A DNA stretch of 64,000 bases from Thermoanaerobaculia bacterium (GTDB taxonomy: Bacteria > Acidobacteriota > Thermoanaerobaculia > Multivoradales > Multivoraceae): contig OY762911.1 in the NCBI GenBank assembly GCA_963666565.1, positions 3,104,001-3,168,000 on the forward strand, written 5' to 3'. Below the pieces are notes generated by a model. That model had not been told where the DNA came from, did no database searches, and saw only the letters and a program-made list of their open reading frames with translations. Below are positions 1 through 10,703 of this stretch, in pieces. Positions within the stretch are counted from its first letter, which is position 1; each line of letters opens with the position of its first letter. A program made the translations under genes and the position numbers.

Positions 1-2173
1 GTCGGTTCGCGACTGTTGGCAGATCGATGCCCGAGAAGTGCGCTTGCTCGGCAGGGCTTGGCCGAATTCTCTCGCCAGGGTCGTGGGTCTCGCGGCGGAG
101 GGGCTCGGTCTGCCCATGGCGCGACTCAGGGCCAAGCCATACAAGCTGCTCGTCTACCGGCGGGGAGGCTTCTTCGCCGAGCACCGGGACACCGAGAAGG
201 TCCCGGGCATGGTGGCGACCCTGACGCTGTCGTTGCCGGCGGCCGGCGCCGGAGGCGAGCTCGTCGTTCGTCACGGCGACCGGGAGACCGCCTTCGATCT
301 GGCTGCCGCGGAGCCGTCGGAGTTGTCGTTCGCGGCCTTCTACGCCGATTGCCCGCACGAAGTGCGGCCGGTGACCGAAGGCCACCGCGTGTCGCTCGTC
401 TACAACCTGTCCCTCGATTCCCGCGCGGCCGATCTCGGCGCCCCCGACTACGCGGACTTGGCCGCGTCAGTGGCAGAGGGTCTGGCGGAATGGCGGGATG
501 CAGGTTCGACCGACAAGATCGTGTGGCTGCTCGAACATGAGTACAGCGAAGGAGGTCTGTCGTTCAAGGCGCTCAAGAACACCGATGCCGCAGTCGCCCG
601 GGTGCTGGTCGAGGCCGCGGACCGGGCGGACTGCGAACTGCACGCCGCCGTGCTGAAGATCCAGGAGTACGGCATACCGGAGATCGACGCCTTCTACAGC
701 CGTCGGGGATGGGACGAGGATGACGGCGCGGATGCCGGAATGGAAGAAGTCTACGACCGGTGGGAGGCTCTGGACGGATGGGCCGCTCGCGACGGCAGCC
801 GGCCAGCCTTGGGCGAGATCCCGCTGAAGAATGAGGAGCTTCTTCCTTGCGGCGCCCTCGACGACGCCGAGCCGGACGACCGCCGGCTGGAGGATTCGAC
901 CGGCAACGAGGGTCCCACCCTGGAGTTCATCTACAGGCTGGGAGCGCTCGTGGTCTGGCCCGTCGAGAAGGCCGTCGACGTCGTTGCGGACGCCGGCATC
1001 GACGGCGCCGTGGCCTGGGCGACCGGCCGATGCAGGGACCGCGCCGACTCCGAATCGAGCCGTCGCATCCTTGGCCGGCTGGTCGATCTCTGGCCGGTAG
1101 GGAAGAAGGACTACGGGGAGCAAGATCGCGGCGCAATGCTCCGCCTTCTGGCGGACGTCGGCGCGGCGGATGTTGCGGCCGATTTCCTCCAGCACGCCGT
1201 GATGGCGAGGTACGACGGCAGCGAGAACGAAGATCTCGCGGCGCTCATGCCCCTGATCCACCCCGACGACGGTTGGGAGTTTCTCGTCGGCCTCGTGGTG
1301 GAGCACCTGGCTCGCCGGCCGGGCGACGTCGTCGAACTTCTCGCATTGACGGCCCGCAGTGCGGACCTGAGACAGAACGACGCGTGGCGCGTGGCGCTGC
1401 GCGAATCCGTGGAGATCGCCCTGACTCGTCTGGGCGCGGCTCTCAGGCGGTTGGGGAAGAAGCGCGCCAAACAGGCCTCCGCCCGACGAACGCGGATCAT
1501 GTCCTGGGGCAGCTACGACTACCGAACCCCGCCGCGGGAGCGGATCGGTCACGAGGCCGTCCGCGACCTGTTCGCACTCGCGCGGCGGTTCGGTCTCGAC
1601 GAGGAAGCGGCGGCGGCCGTCCGGGCGATCGGGAAACACCCGGAGATCGTGACGCCGGACCGGATGCTCCCGGCGGCGCTTCGGGACATGCGCGAAGACG
1701 CCGGTCTCGCGGGTTCCGGCGCGTACGCCGCACTGTGGAAGCAGGCCGTGGACTTTCTCCTCGAGCGCAGTTCCGCGGTGCCCTCCGAGCCGGGCGACTG
1801 GACGATCGCCGCGGAGATCCCGCGCCATTGCGCGGATTGCACCGCGTTGCGCGCCTTCTGCCGGGATCCCGACAAGCGGACCGAACGATTCAGCGTGCGC
1901 AAGGACCGGCGCAGGCATCTTCACCGGGTCATCGACGCTCACGGGCTCGACATCGATCACGTGACGGAGCGTCGCGGCAGCCCCTACACGCTGGTCTGCA
2001 CGAAGACCGGCGCCGGCCACCGGCGGCGATTGGAGGAGTACGCGGAAGATCTGCGACGCATGGGTTCGTTGCGCTCGTGCGCACCCTCCGGCAGGGACGT
2101 CGCCGCCGTTTCGGAGAGAGTCGACCGCCTCGCCGATGCGCTGGCGACGGGCGGGGCCGCAAGTCGAATCTGA
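1..2173 (+). CDS. 2OG-Fe(II) oxygenase family protein (5'-truncated by window edge)
   Basis: Frame is open from base 2 (SVRDCWQIDARE...). Motifs YKLLVY..GGFF..HRDTEK (HxD), GGELVV and HEVRPV..GHRVSLVYNL (distal His, Arg); long helical C-terminal region. Confidence 0.85.
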   Translation, partial: SVRDCWQIDAREVRLLGRAWPNSLARVVGLAAEGLGLPMARLRAKPYKLLVYRRGGFFAEHRDTEKVPGMVATLTLSLPAAGAGGELVVRHGDRETAFDLAAAEPSELSFAAFYADCPHEVRPVTEGHRVSLVYNLSLDSRAADLGAPDYADLAASVAEGLAEWRDAGSTDKIVWLLEHEYSEGGLSFKALKNTDAAVARVLVEAADRADCELHAAVLKIQEYGIPEIDAFYSRRGWDEDDGADAGMEEVYDRWEALDGWAARDGSRPALGEIPLKNEELLPCGALDDAEPDDRRLEDSTGNEGPTLEFIYRLGALVVWPVEKAVDVVADAGIDGAVAWATGRCRDRADSESSRRILGRLVDLWPVGKKDYGEQDRGAMLRLLADVGAADVAADFLQHAVMARYDGSENEDLAALMPLIHPDDGWEFLVGLVVEHLARRPGDVVELLALTARSADLRQNDAWRVALRESVEIALTRLGAALRRLGKKRAKQASARRTRIMSWGSYDYRTPPRERIGHEAVRDLFALARRFGLDEEAAAAVRAIGKHPEIVTPDRMLPAALRDMREDAGLAGSGAYAALWKQAVDFLLERSSAVPSEPGDWTIAAEIPRHCADCTALRAFCRDPDKRTERFSVRKDRRRHLHRVIDAHGLDIDHVTERRGSPYTLVCTKTGAGHRRRLEEYAEDLRRMGSLRSCAPSGRDVAAVSERVDRLADALATGGAASRI

Positions 2174-2316
2174 ACTGTCGCGCGGCGACTCAGCCGCCGT
2201 CCGCATTCCTCGCGGCGGAGTCCAGGTCAGGGAGTTCCGCGGATGCTCGGCTTCCGCCAGTACGCACCCTGTCGACGATGGCGCGGACCATGCGGTCGAG
2301 CGGGACTGCCATCGGC

Positions 2317-3828
2317 CTACTCGCTGGCCGTCTCCGGCGGCCAGCCGAAGGGCAGGTCCTCCGGCACGACCTTGATCTCGGTCGAGAACTGGAACGGGGC
2401 CTCGCCGGGGCCGGGGAAGTGGAACTCGAGGTAGAAGCCGGTCCAGCCGCGGTCCGGCGCGGGGACGGCGCCGACCCACCTGCCGTCCTCGCCCGGTTCG
2501 ACGGCGGTGCCGGTCCACGTCCGGCTGATCGTGTCGACCCGGAGGTCGCGCGTTTCCGGGTTCGTGGCCTGCCACAGGAGAACCCGGCTGGGCGCCATGT
2601 CGTTCGCCACCCAGGCGGTGATTGCCCCGCCCCCCGAATCGTCGGTCTCGATCGACCAGTCGACGTCCGGGCGCTCCACGCCATCCAGAATGGCCTGGTA
2701 GAAGGCGAGGAAACCGACCGCCGCGTCGCTGCCGCCCAGGGAGTGTTCGGTGTTCGGCACGTAGCGCAGGTGCTTCTCGCCGAGCAGGTCGTCGAAGTAG
2801 AACTGGGCCGAGTCGGGCAGGAAGAACTGGTCGCCCGTCGCGTTGATCAGGTACTTCGGCATCGTGAGCTTGTCGAGGTGCTGGTAGGGCTCGACGATCT
2901 TCTGGAGTTCCAGGTACTCGGGAGTTCCGAACCAGTCCGTTATCCCCTCGTGGACGTAGTCGCCGATCGCCGGCGCCCAGAAGCCGTAGGCCTTCCAGTG
3001 GTGCTCGAAGGAAGCCTCGAGGTTCAGGAGATCGATCACGATCGGCGCGATCGCGACCACCCGGTCGTCGACCGTCGCCGTGGTCCAGGTGGTCCAGCCG
3101 CGCTTGGAGCCGCCGGCGACGACGAACCGGTTCACGTCGTTCCCGCCGCCGTCCTCGGAAGCCGCGAACGCGGTCATCGTGTCCATCGCCCGCACCGCGG
3201 CCTTCGTCATCGGCAGCCGCGCCAGCCAGATGGGATCCTCGCCGCGCAGGAACTTGTCCCAGCCGTAGGCGATCAGCTCGTCCTCGACCCGTTCGCCGTA
3301 GTCGTCGCCGACGAAGTTGAGCGGCTGGTTCGGCACCATCCGCAGTTCGGCCGTGAACGAGCCGGTCGCGAGGGCCGGTTGGAGGGTCAGCGGATTGGCC
3401 TGCTCCGGCGGGTCGCCGCCGTTCCGGCCGCCCGAGATGTAGAGGAAGCCGTGGTCGCTACGGACCTCGTCGGGCTCGACCACCATCAGCCAGTGGGTCC
3501 ACAGCGGCCGGTCGACCTCCGCCTCGGTGAGCCAGGTCTGGCTCGTCATCTCGATCGTGTGCAGGGTGTAGCCGTCGCCGGGCTCGCTGTTCACCAGGGT
3601 CCAGCCGTAGGCGGGATCGGGTGTGTCCACGTACTGCTTGAGGACCTCGCCCGGCCCCGGTCCGGCTTCGGCCTCGGCGGCGGCATCTTCGCCGCCCGAG
3701 CCGACCCGAACCTGGCATGCGGCGAGAAGCAGCAGGGCCGCCGCCGCGACCGCGTAGACGGCGTGGCGGCTGCGAGTGCGTCCGCCAGGGGGTGCCGGCG
3801 GTCTGTCGAGATCGAATCTGGTGGTCAT
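2317..3828 (-). CDS. PhoPQ-activated pathogenicity-related (PqaA-like) alpha/beta-hydrolase family protein, probably a lipoprotein
   Basis: Motifs MTSQTW, VPNQPL, EDELIAYGW, PMTKAAVRAMD, GGSKRGWTTW, ATGDQFF. Lipobox-like LLAAC. ATG at 3828 has a GGGAG RBS. Confidence 0.85.
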   Translation of the reverse strand: MTTRFDLDRPPAPPGGRTRSRHAVYAVAAAALLLLAACQVRVGSGGEDAAAEAEAGPGPGEVLKQYVDTPDPAYGWTLVNSEPGDGYTLHTIEMTSQTWLTEAEVDRPLWTHWLMVVEPDEVRSDHGFLYISGGRNGGDPPEQANPLTLQPALATGSFTAELRMVPNQPLNFVGDDYGERVEDELIAYGWDKFLRGEDPIWLARLPMTKAAVRAMDTMTAFAASEDGGGNDVNRFVVAGGSKRGWTTWTTATVDDRVVAIAPIVIDLLNLEASFEHHWKAYGFWAPAIGDYVHEGITDWFGTPEYLELQKIVEPYQHLDKLTMPKYLINATGDQFFLPDSAQFYFDDLLGEKHLRYVPNTEHSLGGSDAAVGFLAFYQAILDGVERPDVDWSIETDDSGGGAITAWVANDMAPSRVLLWQATNPETRDLRVDTISRTWTGTAVEPGEDGRWVGAVPAPDRGWTGFYLEFHFPGPGEAPFQFSTEIKVVPEDLPFGWPPETASE

Positions 3829-3889
3829 GGCGTTGCTCCCGTGATGAATGGCGTGTCCCGAAGCGCTCAGGCGCGGACAGGCCTCTCGC

Positions 3890-5020
3890 TCAGATCGCTC
3901 CGGCCGCACGCATTGCCTCGATCCGGTCGGCGGCGAATCCCCAGTCCGCGAGGACCGCGTCGCTGTGCTCGCCGGCCTTGGGCGGCGGCCCCTGCACCGC
4001 CACCGGCGTCCGGCTGAAGCGCGGCGCCGGCGCCGGCTGGGCCACGCCGTCGACTTCGACGAAGGTCTGCCGGGATCGGTTGTGAGGGTGCTCGATCGCC
4101 TCGCCGATGCGGAGCACCGGGGCGAAGCAGATGTCGCTGCCCTCCATGATCCCGGACCACTCGTCGCGCGTCTTCGTGCGGAACGTCTCGGCCAGCTTCG
4201 CCTTGAGCTCCGGCCAGCGGTCCCGGTTCTGGAGATGTCCCTCCCACTCGGCGCCGTCGAGGCCGGTCTTCTCGAGCAGCAGCGCGTAGAACTGGGGCTC
4301 GATCGAACCGATGGAGACGTACTCGCCGTCCGCGCACTCGTACGTGTCGTAGAAGTGGGAGCCGCTGTCCAGCATGTTCGAGCCGCGGTCGTCCTTCCAC
4401 ACGCCGGCGCCGTGCATGCCGACGACGGCGGCCAGCAGCAGCGCCGAACCGTCCGTCATCGCCGCGTCGACGACCTGGCCCTTGCCGGACTTCTGCGCCT
4501 CCAGCAGGCCAGCCACCACGCCCAGGGCGAGCAGCATGCCGCCGCCGCCGAAGTCGCCGACCAAGTTGAGCGGGGGCACCGGCCTGCCGCCGTTGTTGCC
4601 GATCGAGTGCAGCACGCCCGACAGGGCGATGTAGTTGATGTCGTGGCCGGCGGCGTGGGCAATCGTGCCGTGCTGGCCCCAGCCGGTCATGCGGCCGAAG
4701 ATGAGCTTCGGATTCCGCTCCAGGCACACGTCGGGGCCGAGTCCGAGCCGCTCCATCACGCCGGGCCGGAAGCCCTCGATCAGGCCGTCGGCCTGTTCCA
4801 CCATGTCGAGCACGGCCTTGATCGCCTCGGGCCGCTTGAGGTCCATCGCGAGGGAGCGGCGGCCGCGGTTCAGCACGTCGAACTTCGAGCCGCGGCCCGC
4901 GTAGGCGCGCCGGTCGATGCGGACCACCTCGGCGCCCAGGTCGGACAGCACCATGGCGCAGAACGGGCCGGGGCCGATGCCGGCGATCTCGAGAATGCGG
5001 TAGCCGTTCAGTGGTCCCAT
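3890..5020 (-). CDS. CaiB/BaiF family III CoA-transferase (alpha-methylacyl-CoA racemase-like)
   Basis: [57 protein letters not shown]. Confidence 0.92.
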   Translation of the reverse strand: MGPLNGYRILEIAGIGPGPFCAMVLSDLGAEVVRIDRRAYAGRGSKFDVLNRGRRSLAMDLKRPEAIKAVLDMVEQADGLIEGFRPGVMERLGLGPDVCLERNPKLIFGRMTGWGQHGTIAHAAGHDINYIALSGVLHSIGNNGGRPVPPLNLVGDFGGGGMLLALGVVAGLLEAQKSGKGQVVDAAMTDGSALLLAAVVGMHGAGVWKDDRGSNMLDSGSHFYDTYECADGEYVSIGSIEPQFYALLLEKTGLDGAEWEGHLQNRDRWPELKAKLAETFRTKTRDEWSGIMEGSDICFAPVLRIGEAIEHPHNRSRQTFVEVDGVAQPAPAPRFSRTPVAVQGPPPKAGEHSDAVLADWGFAADRIEAMRAAGAI

Positions 5021-5163
5021 GATGCGTGTCTCCGGGCGGAGGTTCGTGTGGCGGAGGAGGCGGGTCAGTATAGGAGACGCCTGCCGTACAATCCGCCCTC
5101 GACGCCCCAACCCGAACTTCAGCCGAACCGCGGCCCCGGCCGCCGTTCCGGAGGCTTGCGACG

Positions 5164-6117
5164 ATGCAGAGATACGGCATGACGATCCCCTTCGGCCTGC
5201 CCCTGGCGGAGCAGGAAGACCTGATCAAGGAGATGGTCGACCTCGGCTACACGGACTTCTGGTCCTCCGAATCGAACGGCTCGGACGGCTTCACGCCGCT
5301 GGTCCAGGCCTCCATCTGGGCGCCGGCGGCCCGGCTCGGGATTGCGATCATCCCCGCGTACACCCGCGGGCCGGCGCTGATGGCGATGACCGTCGGCGCG
5401 ATGGCGGAGGCGGCCCCCGGCCGCTTCGTCATGGGCGTCGGCACCTCGTCCAACGTGATCGTCGAGCAGTGGAACGACATCCCCTTCGAGCGGCCGTACT
5501 ACAAGACCCGCGACATGGTGCGGTTCCTCAAGAAGGCGCTCACCGGCGACCGCATCGACGAGGAGTTCGAGACCTTCAACGTGCGCGGCTTCCGCATGGG
5601 CCGGCCGCTCGAGGAGTGCCCGCCGATCCTCGTCGCGGCGCTGCGCCAGGGCATGCTGCGGATGGCCGGCCGCGAAGGCGACGGCGCGATCCTCAACTGG
5701 CTGTCGCCCGACGACGTGAAGACGGTCGTCCCCTACGTCCACGAAGCCGGCCCCGGCAAGGAAATCGCCGCCCGCATCTTCGTGCTGGCCACCGAAGACA
5801 AGGGCACGATCGACTTCGTCGGCCGGCGCTCGATGGCCGCCTACCTGAACGTCCCCGTCTACGCCGCCTTCCACGACTGGCTCGGCCGCCGCGACGTCCT
5901 CGGCCCGATGTGGGACGCCTGGGCCGCCGGCGACCGCAAGAAGGCGCTGGAGGTCATCCCGGAGGAGGCCCTGAACGACATCCTGATCATCGGCTCCCCC
6001 GGCAAGTGCCGCGAGCGGATCCAGGAGTACATCGAGGCGGGCGTCCACACCCCGGCGATCCAGATCATGCACCCGGGCGACGATCTGCGCGAGACGATCC
6101 GCGCGCTGGCGCCGTAA
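5164..6117 (+). CDS. LLM-class (luciferase-like) flavin/F420-dependent oxidoreductase
   Basis: [42 protein letters not shown]...DGAILNW. Confidence 0.88.
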   Translation: MQRYGMTIPFGLPLAEQEDLIKEMVDLGYTDFWSSESNGSDGFTPLVQASIWAPAARLGIAIIPAYTRGPALMAMTVGAMAEAAPGRFVMGVGTSSNVIVEQWNDIPFERPYYKTRDMVRFLKKALTGDRIDEEFETFNVRGFRMGRPLEECPPILVAALRQGMLRMAGREGDGAILNWLSPDDVKTVVPYVHEAGPGKEIAARIFVLATEDKGTIDFVGRRSMAAYLNVPVYAAFHDWLGRRDVLGPMWDAWAAGDRKKALEVIPEEALNDILIIGSPGKCRERIQEYIEAGVHTPAIQIMHPGDDLRETIRALAP

Positions 6118-6280
6118 GCGGAGCCTTGTGAGCGTGGCGACACAAACTGGGTGCGCCGGCGTCCCCGCCGGCTTCGGAAAGGACGCGCCGCGTAGCGGCT
6201 CGGCTCACTCATGCGCCCAAAGTCCTTCGCGCCGCACGCTGCTGGACTGCCACGCGGCAGGAGAACCAAGGACCCTCAGA

Positions 6281-7296
6281 ATGAAGTACGCCTTCTGGAA
6301 CAACAAGGGAGGCGTCGGCAAGACGTTTCTCTGCTTCGCGTCGGCCTGCCAGTACGCGCGACGGCATCCGCGAACGGCGGTCGTCGTCATCGACATGTGC
6401 CCGCAGGCCAACGTCAGCGAGATTCTGCTGGGCGGCAACGGAGGGGAGGAACGGAACTGCAGCGGCTGTTGGCGAAGCTGCCCGTTCCGCAGACCGTGGG
6501 CGGTTACTACCACCAGCGCATCCTTCAGCCCCATCGGGCGACCGGAACCGAGACGAGCTTTCTGGTCCGCGTTCGCGATACGAACCCGCGCGTACCGGCC
6601 AATCTCCACCTGGTAGTGGGCGATCCGTCGCTGGAGCTCCAGGTACAGACGATCAACGACATCGCCGTCCAGGACATCCCGGCGGGGGCGTGGCGCAGCG
6701 TCCACTCCTGGGTGATCGACCTCCAGAACGCCGCCACGACCCACTTCGGCGAATGCGCCTTCTTCATCGACTGCAACCCGAGCTTTTCCTCCTACACGGA
6801 GCAGGCGATTCTCGCCGCGGACCGGTTGATCGTCCGCTGCACGGCAGACGGTTCCTCCGCGCGGGCGATCGACAACGTCGGCCAACTGGTCTACGGCCAT
6901 GGCGTACCGCCCGAGTACAGGGAGGCGAGCTTCAGCGCCAAGGCGAAGCTCTTTTCGATGACGCTGCCGAGGCTGCACCTCGTGGCCATGAACCGTTCGA
7001 CCACCTATCGCCAGAAGTCCGCCAAGGCGTTCGCCAAGATGGTCTCGTTGATCCGGCAACGGGTCGAAGGGCAAAGCGAGCACCTGCCCGACTCCTTCTC
7101 CCGCGAGCCGGACGACGACATGTTCATCGAGATCCCTGACGCGCATACGGTGGTGATCGTCGCCTCGCACCTTGGCGCGCCGATCCAGAGCCTTAGCGCC
7201 GGAAAGTACGATCTCGACGGTGAAGACACGCAGCTCAACAGCACCTCGCTGGAGAGATACCAGCGCTCCATCGAGGACCTCGTCGAGCGTCTCTGA
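6281..7296 (+). pseudogene. ParA/Soj-family ATPase with an apparent 1-bp deletion frameshift near 6443-6446
   Basis: The N-terminus MKYAFWNNKGGVGKT..VIDMCPQANVS (deviant Walker A) lies in one frame. The remainder (FFIDCNPSFS, ADRLIV.C.ADGSS) lies in the -1 frame. The switch falls at GGAGGGGAGG and could be a sequencing error. Confidence 0.8.
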
Positions 7297-7849
7297 GCGC
7301 GGTGCCGTGTCCGTGTTCAACGGCCCCGAACCCGGGATTCGCGTCTTCGGGTCCGAGGCGGAGGAGACAGCGGCCGTTGGCCACTGGCTTCGCGAACTGT
7401 CGCGGGCTGGCAGCGGAACCTTCGGGACAGAGCCCGGGCGCGGCGGGATTGGGCTCGTCCGGTCGTCGAGCGAGATCGAGCGGGCTCTCCGCGCCGCGGA
7501 GGCGGCCGGTCTGGAGGCGGTGCGACTTGACGCGGGGGAATCGGCCACGGTCGTGGGGAACAGTGCGGACCGCTCCCAGGTCGACGCTGTGCCGGCTCCC
7601 GTTTCGGTCGGGACCATGCATCGCGCCAAGGGGCTGGAGTTCTCCGCCGTGGCCGTCATGGCATGCGACGACGAGGTGCTGCCGCTGCAGGCCCGGATCG
7701 AGAACGTCGCCGACGAGGCGGACCTGGAGGACGTCTACAACACGGAGAGGCACCTGCTGTACGTCGCGTGCACCAGGGCGCGCGATCGGCTGCTCGTGAC
7801 CGGCGTGGATCCGGCTTCGGAGTTCCTCGATGACCTGGCCCGGGCGTAG
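7297..7849 (+). pseudogene. C-terminal fragment of a UvrD-like superfamily 1 helicase
   Basis: Only helicase motifs V/VI are present (TMHRAKGLEF; ERHLLYVACTRARD). There is no Walker A/B, and the homology-like sequence starts right after the ParA stop. Confidence 0.75.
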
Positions 7850-7914
7850 AAGGGGAGATCCCCTCGTTCAGGCGCCTCGGGCGTGGGCCGCGACTTGGGG
7901 ATAGTCTCATCTGC

Positions 7915-9000
7915 ATGGCCATCACGCGACTGCGGCTTCAGCGGTTCACGGCTTTCGACGAGTTCGATTTCGAGCCCTCTCCGGGCATCAACGTCCTGAT
8001 CGGGGCCAACGGCACGGGCAAGACCCACCTGATGAAGGTCGCCTATGCGGCCTGCGACGTCAGCAAGACGGGGGCTTCCTTCGCGGAGAAGCTCCTGCGC
8101 GTGTTCCTCCCGTCCGGTGGCGCGCTGGGTCGCCTGGTCAAGCGGCAACAGGGCAGTTCCCGTTGCCTGATCGAGGTCCACCGACGCCCGAGACGCAGTC
8201 TGGCGAAGCTCTCGGCTTCCTTCTCGAATCATTCGTCGGTGCCGAAGTCGGCGACCGTCAGGGGGGCCAAGGCCTGGTACGGCGCTCCGCTCGAGAGCGT
8301 CTTCATCCCCGTCAAGGAGATGCTGGCCAACGCTCCGGGATTCCGCTCGCTCTACTCCCAACGCGAAGTGCACTTCGAGGAGGTGTACGCCGACGTGCTC
8401 GACCGTGCCTACCGCCCAGCTCTGCGGGGCGCGCCCGACCAGCACCGGAGACGGCTCCTGGACGTCCTCCAAGGTGCAATGGCGGGCAAGGTCACGGTGC
8501 GCAACGAGGAGTTCTTTCTCCGCAGCAGGCAGGGCAACCTCGAGTTCTCGCTTCTCGCGGAGGGCATGCGGAAGCTGGGCCTGCTGTGGCTCCTCATCCA
8601 GAACGGCACCTTGCTCAAGGGTTCGGTGTTGTTCTGGGACGAACCCGAGACGAATCTCCATCCCGGACTCTTCGGTCGCCTCGCGGACATCTTCGTCCAG
8701 CTCCAGCAGGCGGGCATCCAGATCTTCCTGGCCACCCACGACTACACCATCCTGAAGGAGCTCGATCACCGGGTTGCGGGCCGAAGCCGGAAGGAGGTCG
8801 GATTCCACTCTCTGTACCGGGAGCCGGAGGGCGGCAGGATCGCGTGCCGTACGTCGAGGACGTACGCCGGCATCGCTCCGAACACGATCGCGGACGCCTT
8901 CTCTGATCTCTACGATCGAGAGGTTCAGCGCAGCCTTGAAGCTCTCGGAGGGTGGTCGGGTCGTAGCTGCCGGAGCACGCCGCCCGCCGCACCGGCTTGA
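7915..9000 (+). CDS. ABC-type AAA ATPase (AAA_15/AAA_21 type, often defence- or toxin-associated)
   Basis: Walker A GANGTGKT, signature-like LAEGMRK, Walker B LFWDEPE, H-loop ATHD. Confidence 0.85.
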   Translation: MAITRLRLQRFTAFDEFDFEPSPGINVLIGANGTGKTHLMKVAYAACDVSKTGASFAEKLLRVFLPSGGALGRLVKRQQGSSRCLIEVHRRPRRSLAKLSASFSNHSSVPKSATVRGAKAWYGAPLESVFIPVKEMLANAPGFRSLYSQREVHFEEVYADVLDRAYRPALRGAPDQHRRRLLDVLQGAMAGKVTVRNEEFFLRSRQGNLEFSLLAEGMRKLGLLWLLIQNGTLLKGSVLFWDEPETNLHPGLFGRLADIFVQLQQAGIQIFLATHDYTILKELDHRVAGRSRKEVGFHSLYREPEGGRIACRTSRTYAGIAPNTIADAFSDLYDREVQRSLEALGGWSGRSCRSTPPAAPA

Positions 9001-9075
9001 CGTAAGCTCGCCGCCGCGCGCGGCCCGACAAGCGGCCGCGCACGCGCCGACTCGACTTGACTCAAGGAGAACCCC

Positions 9076-9495
9076 ATGGCCCTCAGCACCTACTTGACCT
9101 TCGGCGGCAACTGCCGCGAGGCGTTCGAGTTCTACCGGTCCGTGTTCGGCGGCGAGTACTCGGACTTCAACACGTTCGGCGAGGGGCCGGAGGGACTGCC
9201 GCTGGCGGAGGGGCAGGAGGACCAGATCATGCACGTGGCGCTGCCGGTGGGCGACAGCCTGCTGATGGGGAGCGACAGCACGACGTTCGGCCCGCCGCTC
9301 GAGGTCGGGAACAACTTCTCGATCTCGGTCGACGCCGAGAGCCGGGAGCGGGCGGACGAGCTGTACGCGGCCCTTTCGGACGGCGGCGCGGCGGCGATGC
9401 CGATGCAGGACCAGTTCTGGGGCGCCTACTTCGGCATGTGTACGGACCGGTTCGGCGTGAACTGGATGGTCGTACACGGGCAACCCGCGGAGTAG
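9076..9495 (+). CDS. VOC/glyoxalase PhnB-like protein
   Basis: YLTFGGNCREAFEFY, IMH..L, FWGAYFGMCTDRFGVNWM; AAGGAG RBS. Confidence 0.92.
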   Translation: MALSTYLTFGGNCREAFEFYRSVFGGEYSDFNTFGEGPEGLPLAEGQEDQIMHVALPVGDSLLMGSDSTTFGPPLEVGNNFSISVDAESRERADELYAALSDGGAAAMPMQDQFWGAYFGMCTDRFGVNWMVVHGQPAE

Positions 9496-9589
9496 CGGAG
9501 CACCGGATCAACGGAAGCGCGGATCCTCGCGGTCGCCCGCCGGGGCGCCGCCGGAACCGAAGCGAGGATCGCCGCAAGGAGCCATTGCG

Positions 9590-10690
9590 ATGAGCGCCAT
9601 CTCACCCAACGACGGACCGGTTGCCGTCACCGGCTGTTCCGGCTTCACCGGCGGCCACATGGTGCGGGAACTGGCGACCCAGGGCTACCGGGTCCGGGCC
9701 TGCATCCGCAACGCCGAATCCTGGCGCGGCAAGGACTGCGTCGACTACCTGAAGCGGCTGCCGAACGTCGAGATCGTCGACGGTTGCGACCTGTTCGTGC
9801 CGGGCTCCTACGACGAGGCGTTCGCGGGCTGTTCGGCCGTCTTCCACGTCGCCGCCGTGCTCGGCAACTCGGCGGACGGCAAATCGCAGCCGCTCGGCTC
9901 GGGCAACGTCTCGACGGATGTCTACGAGGGCGGCATGGCCGGGACGCGGAACGTGATCGACGCGGTCGAGCGGAGCGGCAGCGTGAGGCGCGTCCTCTAC
10001 ACGAGTTCCCTGGCGGCGGTCGCGGGCCTGGGCGCCCCGGCGCAGCCTCCGGGCTACGCCTGGACGGAGACGGACTGGGCTTCCGACAACTTCCCCGAGG
10101 AAGTCTGGAACCACCCGCGGATGGCCTACGCCCGCAGCAAGGTGGACACGGAGCGGCTGCTGAACCAGGCCGCGGACTCGAGCGGTGGGCGCTGGGACGT
10201 CGTCACCCTGAACCCGGCGATGATCTGCGGCCCGATCCTGTTCAAGGCGCAGGTCGGCCAGTGGATCGAGCAGATCGGCCGGCTGGCCGCCGGGCTTGCG
10301 CCGTCCTGGCCGACGCCGTACGACATGTACTACAACATCATCGACGTGCGCGACCTGGTGAAGGCGGAGCGGCTGGCGGCGGAATCGCCGGTCGACCACC
10401 GGGCCACCAACGGCGGCAGCCGCTACCTGCTGCACGGCAGCGGCGGCCGGTCGGCGCTGCGTTTCGGCACGGAAGTGCGCGACATCGTCCAGGAGCTCTT
10501 CCCGTCCTTCGCGGTGGGCGAAGCGCCGGTTCCCGAGGGCGGCGTGCCGCCGCCGGCGGCGATCAACCACTCGAACAAGGCGACGTCGGTGCTGGGCGCC
10601 ACCCTGCGGCCGGTTGAGGACACGATTCGGGACGTCATCGAGACGTCGGTCGAACTGGGCGTGATCGAGCCCCGGCTGCGCGGCGGCTGA
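9590..10690 (+). CDS. NAD-dependent epimerase/dehydratase (extended SDR, aldehyde reductase-like)
   Basis: VTGCSGFTG Rossmann motif, FHVAA, YTSS, catalytic YARSK; AAGGAG RBS. Confidence 0.88.
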   Translation: MSAISPNDGPVAVTGCSGFTGGHMVRELATQGYRVRACIRNAESWRGKDCVDYLKRLPNVEIVDGCDLFVPGSYDEAFAGCSAVFHVAAVLGNSADGKSQPLGSGNVSTDVYEGGMAGTRNVIDAVERSGSVRRVLYTSSLAAVAGLGAPAQPPGYAWTETDWASDNFPEEVWNHPRMAYARSKVDTERLLNQAADSSGGRWDVVTLNPAMICGPILFKAQVGQWIEQIGRLAAGLAPSWPTPYDMYYNIIDVRDLVKAERLAAESPVDHRATNGGSRYLLHGSGGRSALRFGTEVRDIVQELFPSFAVGEAPVPEGGVPPPAAINHSNKATSVLGATLRPVEDTIRDVIETSVELGVIEPRLRGG

Positions 10691-10703
10691 CGGCAGCCCG
10701 GAC

